The notes: generated by a model from the sequence alone, not told the origin. Counted from the stretch's first letter, positions 8,112 to 18,782 are shown. The stretch: DNA of 64,000 bases from an uncultured Gammaproteobacteria bacterium (GCA_964562445.1 CAZLSZ010000003.1:693-64692); one strand, 5' to 3'. Program-made: numbers and translations.

Positions 8112-10655
8112 ATGGAAGTGAGTGATAAAACGCTGGGATATTACGCGTCGAAGAATGCTGACGATGTTCTGAAGGAATTGGACGTAACAGAAAAGGGGCT
8201 CGGTGAGTCGGAAGCTTCCAAAAGGATTAAAAAGTATGGTTACAATGTTATTGCTCAGGAAAAGAAAAATCATTGGATAATTGAATATCTCCTCAATTTT
8301 AAAGATCCGCTTGTTCTTATTTTATTATTCGCCGCTATCATCTCGTATGTGCTGGGTGAAACAGTTAACGCGGCTATTATATTTATTATTATTTTATTCA
8401 GTACGACATTGAATTTTTTTCAGGAATTTAATGCCAGCAATGCCGCGAAAAAACTGCGTGAGAAAATAGCAACGGATACGACTGTCATCCGAGAAGGGAA
8501 ACAACAGGAAATTAAAATAAAGAATGTCAGTGTGGGAGATATTATTTTCTTGAACGCGGGAGATATTATTCCCGCAGATGCAAGAATTTTGGAAGCGAAA
8601 GACTTCTTTGTCAATCAGTCATCGCTCACAGGAGAATCATTCCCTGTTGAAAAAACATCATCTGTGCTCCACACAAAACATGAATCTGTGACCGATATTA
8701 CAAATAGTGTTTTTTCGGGAAGTAGTGTGATTACAGGTTCAGCGATAGCGGTAGTTGTACAGACAGGGGCAAATACAGAGTTCGGAAAAATCGCCGAAAA
8801 ACTTGCCGAGACTCCTGTACAAAGTGAATTTACGATTGGTGTCAAAAATTTCAGTTTGATGATTATGCGGATCACAATGTTCTTTGTCCTTTTCATCTTT
8901 CTTTTTACCATCTTTTTTAAGCATACACAGTTGTTGGAGGCATTTACTTTTTCTATCGCTGTTGCTGTAGGTCTGACGCCTGAGCTGCTTCCGATGATTA
9001 TGTCTATCACCATGGCCAAGGGCTCATTAACCATGGCGAAAAAAGGTGTCATTGTCAAAAAATTAGCTGCCATACCGGACTTTGGAGAAATGAATCTACT
9101 TTGTACTGATAAAACAGGGACCCTGACACAGGATAAAATTGAGCTTGTGAAATATATGGATGTAACTGGCGCACATTCTGAGAATGTACTGCTCTATTCC
9201 TACCTCAATAGTTATTATCAGACGGGGATTAAAAATCCGATGGACGAGGCGGTAATACGTTTTAAAAGAGAAGATATTCATCTCTATAAAAAGGTAGATG
9301 AGATCCCGTTTGATTTTGAGAGAAAAAGGATGAGTGTGATTGTGGATAGTCACCATAAACGATTTCTTATCACCAAGGGTGCGCCTGAAGAAATTCTTCC
9401 GATATGTGATCATTATCAGAAGAAAGATGAAGAAAAAAAGATCTCCGGATTTATCCATAAAGAAATGTTGGAATTATACCGCTCGCTCAGTAGAGACGGT
9501 TTTCGTGTATTAGGAGTTGCGATAAAGGAGATGTCTGAGAAGAAAAAAACGTATTCCAAACATGATGAATCTGGTATGCGGTTTATCGGTTTTATCGCGT
9601 TTCTTGATCCTGCAAAAGCGGACGTTAAAAGTGTCTTAGCAGATCTGGAATCTATGGGAATTGAGACAAAAATTATTACCGGTGACAATGAGTTGGTGAC
9701 ACAAAAAATATGTAGAGAAGTTGGATTGCCGATCAAAGGAGTTCTGTTGGGGAAAGACATTGAAAAAATGACCCTTGATTCACTTCGAGTGATTGCAGCA
9801 AAGACAACTATTTTTGCGAGGTGTTCACCTGTCGTAAAAAATAAAGTATTGCAGGCATTGAAATCGGGAGGATATGTGATCGGGTATATGGGAGATGGTA
9901 TTAATGATGCCCCCGCGCTCAAGACAGCGGATGTGGGTATTTCGGTCAATAATGCAGTTGATGTTGCCAAAGAATCTGCAGATATGATTTTGACGCACAA
10001 AAGTTTGGGACAGCTTCGGGACGGCGTTCTAGAAGGACGCAAGACATTCGGGAATACGATGAAATATATCATGATGGGTATTAGTTCGAGTTTTGGTAAT
10101 ATGTTTAGTGTCCTCGGAGCCGTACTTTTCCTGCCGTTTCTTCCCATGCTTCCGATTCAGATTTTACTCAATAATTTACTGTATGATCTGTCACAGATTT
10201 CTATCCCTACGGATAATGTGGATAAAGAGTATTTACAAAAACCCAAGAGATGGGATATGCAATTTATAAAAAATTTTATGTTTACATTCGGACCGATCAG
10301 TTCGTTTTTTGATTTCCTTACATTTTATGTTTTGTATTCTGTATATAAATTATCAGCAGGTGGATTTCAGACGGGATGGTTTATGGAGTCTATAGCGACA
10401 CAAACGCTCATCATCCTTATTATCAGGACGAGACACGTGGCATTTTTGCAGAGTAACGCGAGTAAATATTTATTCTTTTCGACGGTTGTCGTAGTCGCGA
10501 TAGGGTGGATTATTCCGTATACACGATTCGGTGCGTACTTGCAGTTTCAGCCGCTTCCATTACATATTGTATCGTCACTGGTGATGATCGTGATAGGGTA
10601 TATGATTACAATTGAAATAGGGAAAAGAATATTTTATCGATATCATCCTCAGTAG
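8112..10655 (+). CDS. mgtA: Magnesium-translocating P-type ATPase (MgtA-like, type IIIB)
   Basis: DKTGTLT phosphorylation site, TGES-like actuator motif (LTGES), GDGINDAPALKTADVGISV hinge, 10 TM helices. N-terminus is similar to MgtA proteins. Confidence 0.75.
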   Translation: MEVSDKTLGYYASKNADDVLKELDVTEKGLGESEASKRIKKYGYNVIAQEKKNHWIIEYLLNFKDPLVLILLFAAIISYVLGETVNAAIIFIIILFSTTLNFFQEFNASNAAKKLREKIATDTTVIREGKQQEIKIKNVSVGDIIFLNAGDIIPADARILEAKDFFVNQSSLTGESFPVEKTSSVLHTKHESVTDITNSVFSGSSVITGSAIAVVVQTGANTEFGKIAEKLAETPVQSEFTIGVKNFSLMIMRITMFFVLFIFLFTIFFKHTQLLEAFTFSIAVAVGLTPELLPMIMSITMAKGSLTMAKKGVIVKKLAAIPDFGEMNLLCTDKTGTLTQDKIELVKYMDVTGAHSENVLLYSYLNSYYQTGIKNPMDEAVIRFKREDIHLYKKVDEIPFDFERKRMSVIVDSHHKRFLITKGAPEEILPICDHYQKKDEEKKISGFIHKEMLELYRSLSRDGFRVLGVAIKEMSEKKKTYSKHDESGMRFIGFIAFLDPAKADVKSVLADLESMGIETKIITGDNELVTQKICREVGLPIKGVLLGKDIEKMTLDSLRVIAAKTTIFARCSPVVKNKVLQALKSGGYVIGYMGDGINDAPALKTADVGISVNNAVDVAKESADMILTHKSLGQLRDGVLEGRKTFGNTMKYIMMGISSSFGNMFSVLGAVLFLPFLPMLPIQILLNNLLYDLSQISIPTDNVDKEYLQKPKRWDMQFIKNFMFTFGPISSFFDFLTFYVLYSVYKLSAGGFQTGWFMESIATQTLIILIIRTRHVAFLQSNASKYLFFSTVVVVAIGWIIPYTRFGAYLQFQPLPLHIVSSLVMIVIGYMITIEIGKRIFYRYHPQ

Positions 10656-10660
10656 ATTGC

Positions 10661-11380
10661 TTAGATTCCTTCTACATTAAAGAGTCTTCCGATGCCGTAT
10701 GTAATCGCCATAGCAAGGACACCTCCGACGACTACCCTGAAAATTGCTCTACTGACACTTGCGCCACCGATCTTTGCACTGATTGTACCGGTAAGCGCGA
10801 GGGCGATAATGACGGAAATGACCGCGACTGTTATTCGCATCTCAATTGGTGGGAGGATGATTGCGATGATGGGGATGATCGCGCCTGCCAAGAAAGCTGC
10901 TGCTGAGGCAAAAGCTGCATGCCACGGACTTGTGAGATTGTGCGGATCAATACCCAGTTCCGCGTCAAAATGTGCTGCATAAGGATCTTTTGCGGTAAGT
11001 TCTTTTGCTGCCTGCATTGCTGTGCGTTTTGACATCCCTTTTTCTTCGTAAATCATTGCGAGCTCTTCCAATTCTTCTTCCGGGAAATTTTCGAGGTTAT
11101 ATCGTTCTTTTTTCAGTAGTGCGCGTTCAGTGTCACGAGAGCTGCTGACTGAGACATATTCTCCAGCCGCCATGGATATAGCTCCGGCTATGACTCCGGC
11201 GATCCCTGAGGTGAGGATGATGTATGTATCACTTGTCGCTCCGGCGACACCCATGACAAGGCCGGCTATAGAGACGATACCATCATTCGCACCGAGAACT
11301 GCTGCTCTGAGCCAGTTGAGTTTCGCACCAGTATTCAGTTTAAGAGGTGTTCCTTTTTTTTCGTCAGACTTTTTCTTCAT
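10661..11380 (-). CDS. VIT1/CCC1-family Fe/Mn transporter
   Basis: LRAAVLGANDGIVSIAGLVMGVAGA signature. Ferritin-like cytoplasmic domain followed by TM helices. Internal Met chosen as start. Confidence 0.7.
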   Translation of the reverse strand: MKKKSDEKKGTPLKLNTGAKLNWLRAAVLGANDGIVSIAGLVMGVAGATSDTYIILTSGIAGVIAGAISMAAGEYVSVSSSRDTERALLKKERYNLENFPEEELEELAMIYEEKGMSKRTAMQAAKELTAKDPYAAHFDAELGIDPHNLTSPWHAAFASAAAFLAGAIIPIIAIILPPIEMRITVAVISVIIALALTGTISAKIGGASVSRAIFRVVVGGVLAMAITYGIGRLFNVEGI

Positions 11381-11399
11381 TGATGAGATTATAACACAG

Positions 11400-12941
11400 C
11401 TATTGTTTTTTTGTACCGACTGCCTGGGCGATTGAGGAATATCCGTCACGTTTGAGATATTCGTTCAATTGTATATTCATTTCTGCCATAAGTCCCGGTC
11501 CCTGAAAGATCATTCCGGTAATTAATTGTACGAGATTTGCTCCTGATTGTATCTTTTCGTACGCATCTTCCGCGGAGAAGATACCACCCAACCCGATGAT
11601 AATGAATCGTTTTTTGTATTTTTTATAAGCGAGGCGGATAAGTTCATTGGATCTGTTATACGTCGGTTTTCCACTAAACCTACCATCCGGGAATTGTGAG
11701 ACTTCTTTTTGGACAAACGCTTTGTCTTTTTTATCGCTTTGCAGATTTCCGAAAATTACTCCTTTTGGAGAATGTTTCGCGATTACTTCTAGCATCGCAA
11801 GAGTTTGTTTGTCAGATTGATCGATGGGCATTTTGACAAAAATCGGTTTTTCGATTTTTAGCTTGTCGATTTCTTTGAGGAGTTTCGCCAATTCTTTAGG
11901 TTCATAAAATGAAATATTCCCATAAAGATTGGGGCAGCTGATATTGAGTTCATAGTAAGCTATTTTGAGATTTGCTTTTTCAAATTTTCTAAAACATTCT
12001 ATGATGTCTTCGATAGCACCTTTCTGTGTCATTTTCTCTCTCGAGTTTGTCCGCCCGATACTTATACCTACAGGTGTCGCAAATGAAAGATGTTTAAGTG
12101 ACCGTATAATTGCGTCAGCTCCCGGATTTTTAAATCCTTTATTTACCATGAGTGACTTGGATTTCGGTAATCTGCCGAGCATGGGACGGGGATTGCCTTC
12201 ATATGATCTGTTGGTGATAGTCCCGACTGATTGAAATCCGAAACCTGCTTGCGGCAGGATTTGTGTCAGTTGACCCTCATAATCAAATCCTGCCGCAAGC
12301 CCGACAGGATTATCAAATGAAATCCCTAGCAATTCCTGTTTGAGTATCGGATTTTTATACAGAAACATCCACCCCGCGATGGATTTCATAAATGGGAGAT
12401 TGCCCAGAAATGCACTGCCGTTGGTAATCGCCACATGTACCTGTTTGGGATCGAAAAGGAAGAATATTTTTTTTATGATATTGGTATACAGTATTCTAAA
12501 AATGATAACACCGAGATATTTTCTTTCCGTGTAAAAATAATTATGCGTGATAAAAAAGAGCGTAAAACTGATAATTGCGGATAACATACAGTATGTGCAG
12601 ATCGCGTGAATGACAAAAAGTTGCAGATACACAAAGTATACCGATGCCAGAAAACCAATCGTACCGGAAATAACAGCGAGATATGCAAATCTTTTTCTTT
12701 TTCCGATTGCGGCATACACCAATAAAATGAGGAAGCTTACATAATGAAAAACGCCGTATAACGCGACAGGTATTCCGAATATTTCAGAATAACTACTCGT
12801 AAGCACCTGACCGCAGTCGGAATAAGGGACATCATAACAAGGAGGCACACTTGCATTATAATGTTCTATCGTCAGATACCCAGCGTCTACCATACCTGAA
12901 AATGCGAGCAAAATAAGTATATATGGTATGTATTTTTTCAT
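11400..12941 (-). CDS. pyrD: Fusion protein: N-terminal VKOR (vitamin K epoxide reductase) membrane domain plus class-2 dihydroorotate dehydrogenase (quinone) catalytic domain
   Basis: VKOR loop Cys pair (PPCYDVPYSDCGQV) and TM CxxC (ICTYCM) in the first ~140 aa. Downstream comes the canonical DHODH-2 region (ITNGSAFLGNLPF...GISFDNPVGLAAGFDYEGQ...GFGFQSVGTITNRSYEGNPRPMLGRL...GFKNPGADA...IIGLGGI). Confidence 0.75.
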   Translation of the reverse strand: MKKYIPYILILLAFSGMVDAGYLTIEHYNASVPPCYDVPYSDCGQVLTSSYSEIFGIPVALYGVFHYVSFLILLVYAAIGKRKRFAYLAVISGTIGFLASVYFVYLQLFVIHAICTYCMLSAIISFTLFFITHNYFYTERKYLGVIIFRILYTNIIKKIFFLFDPKQVHVAITNGSAFLGNLPFMKSIAGWMFLYKNPILKQELLGISFDNPVGLAAGFDYEGQLTQILPQAGFGFQSVGTITNRSYEGNPRPMLGRLPKSKSLMVNKGFKNPGADAIIRSLKHLSFATPVGISIGRTNSREKMTQKGAIEDIIECFRKFEKANLKIAYYELNISCPNLYGNISFYEPKELAKLLKEIDKLKIEKPIFVKMPIDQSDKQTLAMLEVIAKHSPKGVIFGNLQSDKKDKAFVQKEVSQFPDGRFSGKPTYNRSNELIRLAYKKYKKRFIIIGLGGIFSAEDAYEKIQSGANLVQLITGMIFQGPGLMAEMNIQLNEYLKRDGYSSIAQAVGTKKQ

Positions 12942-13032
12942 TGAGTAATTTTGTCTATTGTACCAAATTTATGAGAAAAGTATTCAGACTGTTTTACACT
13001 ATATAATAACAGTATGATAAAAACAATAAATA

Positions 13033-13899
13033 TTACGCAGGAGACAATTTTTTCGATGCAAATTTTTTTGCCAAAATAGTTGTTCCATACGCGCTGAAAA
13101 AACTAATACCCTGAATAAATACATTATTTGAGAAAAAATTACTACTGTCTGTAATATAACTGAACAAGGTGGGACCCATAAAAATATAATGCACTAATGG
13201 AAGGAAGATATAAAAAAGCAACAACGCAAAAAAGAAAATCTCATTTGGAGTTCCTGTTTGTTTTTTCAATCGTTTGAGAATATATTGTATTGCCAATGAA
13301 AATAGCAAACTCCCGATAAAAAACAGTACTGTCGGTAATGTAATATTAAAAATATTTCCGGGATTCTTTTTCAGATGATAGGTAAGATACAACGGCAAAA
13401 TAAATAACGGAACAATTGTTATACTTTGCGTAATTGTCCGCATGCTTTTTTTTACATTCTTAAGTATAGTATCACTGCTCCACAACACGATTCCGACTCC
13501 GATATAAAGGAATCCGAGAACTCCTATGGATATCATTAATGGAATTGGAGGATTCCCCAAAATATTAAGTATGATAAATAGTGGTATCGCGGAAATATAA
13601 ATTGTATATTCCCATACCGTTGACCATTGGGGAAGTTTATATTTAGCATACCGTTTTTTTACCATACATTGGATTATCGTATATCCCCAAAAAAGAAATC
13701 CGCTCGCGACCAGTCCTGACATGAAATATCTTCCAATAGTTTGTTCACTAAAAGGCTCATATCCTAGGTGCCAGTAGAGAAAGAGTATCTCTCTGTCAGC
13801 GATCATATACCAAAAGTAATAAAGTAAAAGAAGAAAAACAGTAATACTTAGAGCAGAAATAATTGATTTTTTCATTACAATAGTATTATAACAACTCAA
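13033..13899 (-). CDS. Hypothetical polytopic membrane protein
   Basis: 288 aa with 8 or more hydrophobic helices. No recognised family. Confidence 0.4.
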   Translation of the reverse strand: MSCYNTIVMKKSIISALSITVFLLLLYYFWYMIADREILFLYWHLGYEPFSEQTIGRYFMSGLVASGFLFWGYTIIQCMVKKRYAKYKLPQWSTVWEYTIYISAIPLFIILNILGNPPIPLMISIGVLGFLYIGVGIVLWSSDTILKNVKKSMRTITQSITIVPLFILPLYLTYHLKKNPGNIFNITLPTVLFFIGSLLFSLAIQYILKRLKKQTGTPNEIFFFALLLFYIFLPLVHYIFMGPTLFSYITDSSNFFSNNVFIQGISFFSAYGTTILAKKFASKKLSPA

Positions 13900-13938
13900 A
13901 CAAAAGAGAAATAGAACAATATTTTACGTCCTATAATA

Positions 13939-15612
13939 TTGACATTTTTGGTTAAAACAAGTATACTATGTGGTATGTCTAAGGAGAATTCAAGGCAACA
14001 AGATGGATCTCGTCCTACTTTCAAAGAGTGGATGGGGATGCAAACGGACGTATCTGCGTCATCCATTTATGAATCTAACAGATCAAAAGCAGCAGCAGCA
14101 ATTGATGTAATCTTGGAAAGTGATGAAAAGGAAGGGAACCAGGGAGATATCTCCATTGCAGCATTCGGGATATCACAACTCGCGTATGCTGATTTTCTTT
14201 TAAAAAGACCCGACTCCGTTTATACGCTCGGTACTGTTTTGGAGGAAATGAGTGATGAGTATGATGAATTGTATAAACCTGATGTTTTTTCCATATATTT
14301 TGACGCAGCTTCCTTAGGGCAAGAAGATGCGCAAAAAAGAGTATGGAGTCTTTTGTCAAGAGAAAAAAGGGATGCACCAAAAGAAATCGCCAGCGGAGAC
14401 ATCGTTTTTTATGAAGACTTTTTCCCACTTGTCGAAGAGGGAGTAGTAAAACATATTGATATGAGCAAAGATGCGGATGAATTCATTGATACACACGCCG
14501 TAAGCGCAGATCACGTCGCGAGCCTTAAGTTAAAATATTATGAAGAGTCAAAAGCCGCTGATGATTCCATGCAATCTGTCGCGAATGTATATCGTGATGA
14601 TGTCACCGAACATTTTTTGAAAGATTCCGTTATGAATCCTCATGCTGCTATGGGTATTGCTGCAAGATTATATGATGCACAGGGTGATCCCGAAAAGAAA
14701 AAGCTGATTTTTAATAAGTTTGATCAGGTCGCAAGAGAAGTTTCAATGGATAAGGATAGTTATATAGCTTTAGTTTGGTTTGCCAGTACACTTCTTAAAG
14801 ATGAATTGAAGGTCCATCAAAATATCAGAAATAATTTTGAAGAAAATGTCTATCGAGGAGTAAAGATATTACAAAATTCGGGTGAAGACTCCATAGCACT
14901 TGGCAAGATTGCCGCTGATTTTCAGGTAGCAGCTGCTTATTATGATCATAAAGATCCGAGAGTTGTCGCCACAACGCTCCATGCCGTATACCAAAAAATG
15001 TATGACGAAAGTAGTAGTGAATCATATGATGGTTTTTCGGAAAAAGAAGAAGTAAACAATGCATGGGAAAACGCGCTAGGAAGTTGGGCATCATTTTATG
15101 CCGAAAAAAGAGATTTTGAAGGAGCGAATGTATTTTTATCCGCCATGGGAGATGATACGGTTCGCGCTGAAACGGCAGAATCATTACTTGCGATGACACA
15201 GTCAGCAGCAGAGGTTGACGCATTGCGTCCTCGTCCGGAGGAAGATCGGACACAAATACCAGCAACTGACAATGTATTTACCATATATGATGCTGTTGCT
15301 GATGTGCGAGAAGTAAAAGATCTGACGGAAGCAATAAAAACGCCTGGGAAACCGATAAAAGAACGTATACGCTATGGGAGACGGCTCTTCACGTATGGAT
15401 TAACGACCGCAGCAGATAGAATTGTTGACGGAAGAGATCATCCTATTCTTACTTTGGAAAGAGCAAGAGCGCAAGTACAGATGGGGGATGTACGTGGTCT
15501 GGCGACGATGCAGCGAGTTGTAGAAGAGCTGCAGGGTCCCAACGAACGGCTGGAATGGCACGCAACTATTGTATTACTCGCCGCGCATGAGATGGCAAAG
15601 AAAGCTGCATAA
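13939..15612 (+). CDS. Hypothetical acidic protein
   Basis: 557-aa ORF with no motifs recognised. The start may be at the downstream MSKENS. Confidence 0.35.
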   Translation: MTFLVKTSILCGMSKENSRQQDGSRPTFKEWMGMQTDVSASSIYESNRSKAAAAIDVILESDEKEGNQGDISIAAFGISQLAYADFLLKRPDSVYTLGTVLEEMSDEYDELYKPDVFSIYFDAASLGQEDAQKRVWSLLSREKRDAPKEIASGDIVFYEDFFPLVEEGVVKHIDMSKDADEFIDTHAVSADHVASLKLKYYEESKAADDSMQSVANVYRDDVTEHFLKDSVMNPHAAMGIAARLYDAQGDPEKKKLIFNKFDQVAREVSMDKDSYIALVWFASTLLKDELKVHQNIRNNFEENVYRGVKILQNSGEDSIALGKIAADFQVAAAYYDHKDPRVVATTLHAVYQKMYDESSSESYDGFSEKEEVNNAWENALGSWASFYAEKRDFEGANVFLSAMGDDTVRAETAESLLAMTQSAAEVDALRPRPEEDRTQIPATDNVFTIYDAVADVREVKDLTEAIKTPGKPIKERIRYGRRLFTYGLTTAADRIVDGRDHPILTLERARAQVQMGDVRGLATMQRVVEELQGPNERLEWHATIVLLAAHEMAKKAA

Positions 15613-15657
15613 TATACTCTTACATGCTTCTTAATTTGAACATATAGAATACATTTT

Positions 15658-16437
15658 ATGTCATATTTTGTTACTAAATACCCCGCCGGAACTTTTTGTC
15701 TCGCTGATATCTACTCCAAAGATATGGATACAACCACTGAGTTTTTAACAAAGCTTTTCGGGTGGACAAGTGAAGTGAGCAGGACAGAAGGAAAGCCAGA
15801 CTATACGGTCTATCTTTTGGATGGTAAGGTAGTTGCAGGGGGCGCTCCCGGGTTGATGGAAGATGTTCCATCTGTTTGGAATAACTATGTTTCTGTAGAT
15901 AATATGGAAGAATCTATGAAAAAAGCAGAAGAATTGGGGGGTAAGAGACTATTTGAGCCGGTGGTTGTTGAGGGAAAAGGAGTTTTGGGCCTTATGCAGG
16001 ATCCGATTGGGGCATACTTTTCATTATGGCAGCCTGAAAATACTATCGGCGCGGAAGTTGTTAATAAATCTGGCGCTATGAGTTGGAACGAATTATATAC
16101 AACGGATATTGAGGCCTCGAAAAAGTTTTATGGTGACCTTTTTGGTTGGATGTTTACAACAGAAGATGATTATACAACTATCATGAATAATGGTAGGATG
16201 AATGGAGGCATCATGGAAATCACACCTGAAATGGGTAATATGCCTCCCAACTGGATGGTATATTTTACTGTAGAGGATATTGAAGGAACTCTTGCGCGTG
16301 TAAAGGAACTCGGCGGTCAAGTGTATATGGAACCCAAAGAAATAGGGCCCGGGAAGATTGCCATGATTGCTGAGCCTACCGGTGCTGCATGTATGCTTAT
16401 CGAAATGTCCGTGACTCCTGAAGAATGGATAGAATAA
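15658..16437 (+). CDS. Two-domain VOC (glyoxalase/bleomycin-resistance/dioxygenase) family protein
   Basis: Duplicated FGW(T/M)...gaps...W core blocks (LFGWTSEVS ... FGWMFTTEDD) typical of tandem glyoxalase-fold domains. Confidence 0.55.
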   Translation: MSYFVTKYPAGTFCLADIYSKDMDTTTEFLTKLFGWTSEVSRTEGKPDYTVYLLDGKVVAGGAPGLMEDVPSVWNNYVSVDNMEESMKKAEELGGKRLFEPVVVEGKGVLGLMQDPIGAYFSLWQPENTIGAEVVNKSGAMSWNELYTTDIEASKKFYGDLFGWMFTTEDDYTTIMNNGRMNGGIMEITPEMGNMPPNWMVYFTVEDIEGTLARVKELGGQVYMEPKEIGPGKIAMIAEPTGAACMLIEMSVTPEEWIE

Positions 16438-16443
16438 TTTTGC

Positions 16444-16869
16444 ATGAAGGATACACAGCGAAATATTGTAACGATTGCTGGTATAGTACGTGCTCCCATT
16501 GAAAAAGTATGGAAGTATTACACAGAACCGAAACACATCACTCAATGGTCATTTGCTTCAGATGATTGGGAAGCCTCTGCCGCGACAAATGATGTGCGCA
16601 ACGGAGGAAAATTTAGCACCACGATGCGTTCAAAGGATGGAAGTGAATCTTTCGATTTTACAGGAAGTTATACGGATGTCAAAGAAAATGAGTTTCTCAT
16701 GTATACGCTTGATGATGGTCGAAATGTTACAGTAGCTTTTACTCCACAAGAGGATAACACAAAAATTGTAATCACTTTTGAACCCGAAAATGAAAATCCA
16801 CTTGATATGCAGCGTCTTGGTTGGCAGGCAATACTCAATAACTTCAAGAAGTATACGGAAGAGAAGTAA
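16444..16869 (+). CDS. SRPBCC / AHSA1-like (activator of Hsp90 ATPase homolog) domain protein
   Basis: APIEKVWKYYTEPKHITQW at the N-terminus, and the ~140-aa size typical of SRPBCC. Confidence 0.55.
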   Translation: MKDTQRNIVTIAGIVRAPIEKVWKYYTEPKHITQWSFASDDWEASAATNDVRNGGKFSTTMRSKDGSESFDFTGSYTDVKENEFLMYTLDDGRNVTVAFTPQEDNTKIVITFEPENENPLDMQRLGWQAILNNFKKYTEEK

Positions 16870-16872
16870 TAA

Positions 16873-17769
16873 TTAACGAACAGAGCGTTTCATATTTGCT
16901 AATGATGGAAGTGAGAAAAGCACATATGCTACAGACGGACTTGTAAAATCATTTGCAGCAGTCACCGCTATACTGGAATTATTTTTCCATTTATAGTTTC
17001 CTGATTCCTCAAATGTTTCATGAATATGTCCGTGCATAGTCAAAAGAGGATTATAGGTTTCTATAAAATTGCGTATCGCTTTACTACCGATATGTAAATC
17101 ATTTTCTTTAATATATGGGTTTTTTTGAGATGTCATATCCAAAGGAGTATTGTAAGGGGCATCATGAAATACATAAACGGTTTTTTGAGGATCATGCAAT
17201 TTTGCTAATGCATCAAGATCTGTTTTTATCGATGATCTTTTATCTTCATTATTTTCAAATTGAATAGGGTAGTGTCTTCCATTTTGCGACGTATATCCGT
17301 CTGTTCGATATATTTTGTTTGATTGATGCATATCATTGTTATCCCATTTCTCCCAATCTTTTTGAAGAAATGGCGTTAATGAGACGTATGGATATCCGGC
17401 TACATATAATTCTTCAGAAGTATTTGCCAATGGTACAATATCATTATTAAGAAAGGTTATTTTTTTATTATCTTTGGGTAGTAAATTGTAATTACTTTTG
17501 AAGTCATCATTGCCAAATATTGCATAGACATTGGTATGCATGCTGAGTTCATTAAGATAGTTATTGAAATACCCCTCAATAAATTTTCTCTGCATTTTAA
17601 TGGTTCTGATTTTATTTCCGGGATTCCATAGTCCGCCTTTTTTGGGAAGCAGATCACCGCATAAAAATACATGATCGACATCCTTTTCGATAATTGTTTG
17701 TTTGATCTTCTCGTACTGTGTTATATTGCCATGTACATCAGCAGTAGTGAGGCATAATAATTCTTTCAT
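16873..17769 (-). CDS. Calcineurin-like metallophosphoesterase (cassette copy 1, second gene)
   Basis: Metallophosphoesterase motifs DVHGN (DxH), GDLLPK (GD), GNDD (GNH[DE] variant), HDAP, HGHIHE (GHxH). About 60% identical to the 23479..24375 product. Confidence 0.75.
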   Translation of the reverse strand: MKELLCLTTADVHGNITQYEKIKQTIIEKDVDHVFLCGDLLPKKGGLWNPGNKIRTIKMQRKFIEGYFNNYLNELSMHTNVYAIFGNDDFKSNYNLLPKDNKKITFLNNDIVPLANTSEELYVAGYPYVSLTPFLQKDWEKWDNNDMHQSNKIYRTDGYTSQNGRHYPIQFENNEDKRSSIKTDLDALAKLHDPQKTVYVFHDAPYNTPLDMTSQKNPYIKENDLHIGSKAIRNFIETYNPLLTMHGHIHETFEESGNYKWKNNSSIAVTAANDFTSPSVAYVLFSLPSLANMKRSVR

Positions 17770-17822
17770 AGACAGTTGTTATTTTTATCATTGATTATGA
17801 AAAAATAACAATTGATAGAGTA

Positions 17823-18782
17823 TTAATATATTTTATGTAATTTTTCGGAGAGTGAGAGGACAAATGAATGGGAGTTATTTTCTTTACCTTTCCGATCCGC
17901 ACGCACTTGTTCACGTGCATAAACGGATTGACTAAAAAGAAGGATTGGGTCACTATCCGTATACTCTTCAATTTTTCTCAGACTTCTGACAAGTGGTTTA
18001 TCTACAAATACTTCCTTTCCAAATCTGTCATGAGGATCAATAGGCGCATCTTCCGTCATCTTATTTAATTCAAGACCAAATATCAATATTTCATCAGGAA
18101 GCGTAGGTGTATGTACGATTCGTTGTTTGGTATCAATAGATGCGATTGGCTTTATTATAAAATTACTTAGAGATTTTTCTCTTTGCTCATCAGAATCTCT
18201 GTGAGGAATTTTCACTATTCCAGTTTGCGGTGTAGTTGTTAAAATACCATCATTGTATTCGTTTTGTGCGCAGGTTACATGCATCATATAGAGTGTCCCC
18301 TTTGTATCTGCTCCACCCATCACATATGAAGTTTTTCCAGCTTGTTTTTTATTGTTGCCATCTCGATATTCTGTGGCCGTTGATTTGTCGGGATAAGTGG
18401 AGCGAAATTCGGGATTTTCCAGATGGATACTGATTTTTCTTCCATTACTTGCTCTTGTAGAGAAAGACACATAATCAATTTCGGATTGTTTTTCTTCATC
18501 AAGACCTATTACGTGTTTTTGGAGAATTTCGGTGGGTGTTTGCGGGATAGAGCCAATAACCGCAAAATCAATATCAGAGGTCTCACTAAGCTTACCTGCT
18601 GTCATACCGCTTCCGTGCATAAATACAACACATCCATTGTCCCGTAGTGTGTCCAGTACGCGTAAATCTTTTTTATCCAGACCGTCTGCTAATAATATTC
18701 CGGAAGGTGTATTTTCCCTTTGCGGAACAGGCATACGTCTTGATTCTTTAAAATATGATAATTGTTCTGATAAAAGTGCCAT
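17823..18782 (-). CDS. Pol-beta-superfamily minimal nucleotidyltransferase-domain protein with a ~240-aa unique C-terminal extension (cassette copy 1, first gene)
   Basis: FMHGSGMTAGKLSETSDIDFAVIG matches the hG[GS]x9-13DhD minimal NTase signature (compare MNT/KNTase LFGSxARGxxxxxSDIDLLV). The remainder is not recognised. Paralog of 24372..25343. Confidence 0.5.
   Translation of the reverse strand: MALLSEQLSYFKESRRMPVPQRENTPSGILLADGLDKKDLRVLDTLRDNGCVVFMHGSGMTAGKLSETSDIDFAVIGSIPQTPTEILQKHVIGLDEEKQSEIDYVSFSTRASNGRKISIHLENPEFRSTYPDKSTATEYRDGNNKKQAGKTSYVMGGADTKGTLYMMHVTCAQNEYNDGILTTTPQTGIVKIPHRDSDEQREKSLSNFIIKPIASIDTKQRIVHTPTLPDEILIFGLELNKMTEDAPIDPHDRFGKEVFVDKPLVRSLRKIEEYTDSDPILLFSQSVYAREQVRADRKGKENNSHSFVLSLSEKLHKIY

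Noticed and set aside
8615-10147. Antisense ORFs (152, 120 and 243 aa) inside mgtA
   Set aside because: They lie entirely within the strongly supported P-type ATPase gene on the opposite strand and encode no recognisable domain. They are composition artefacts.
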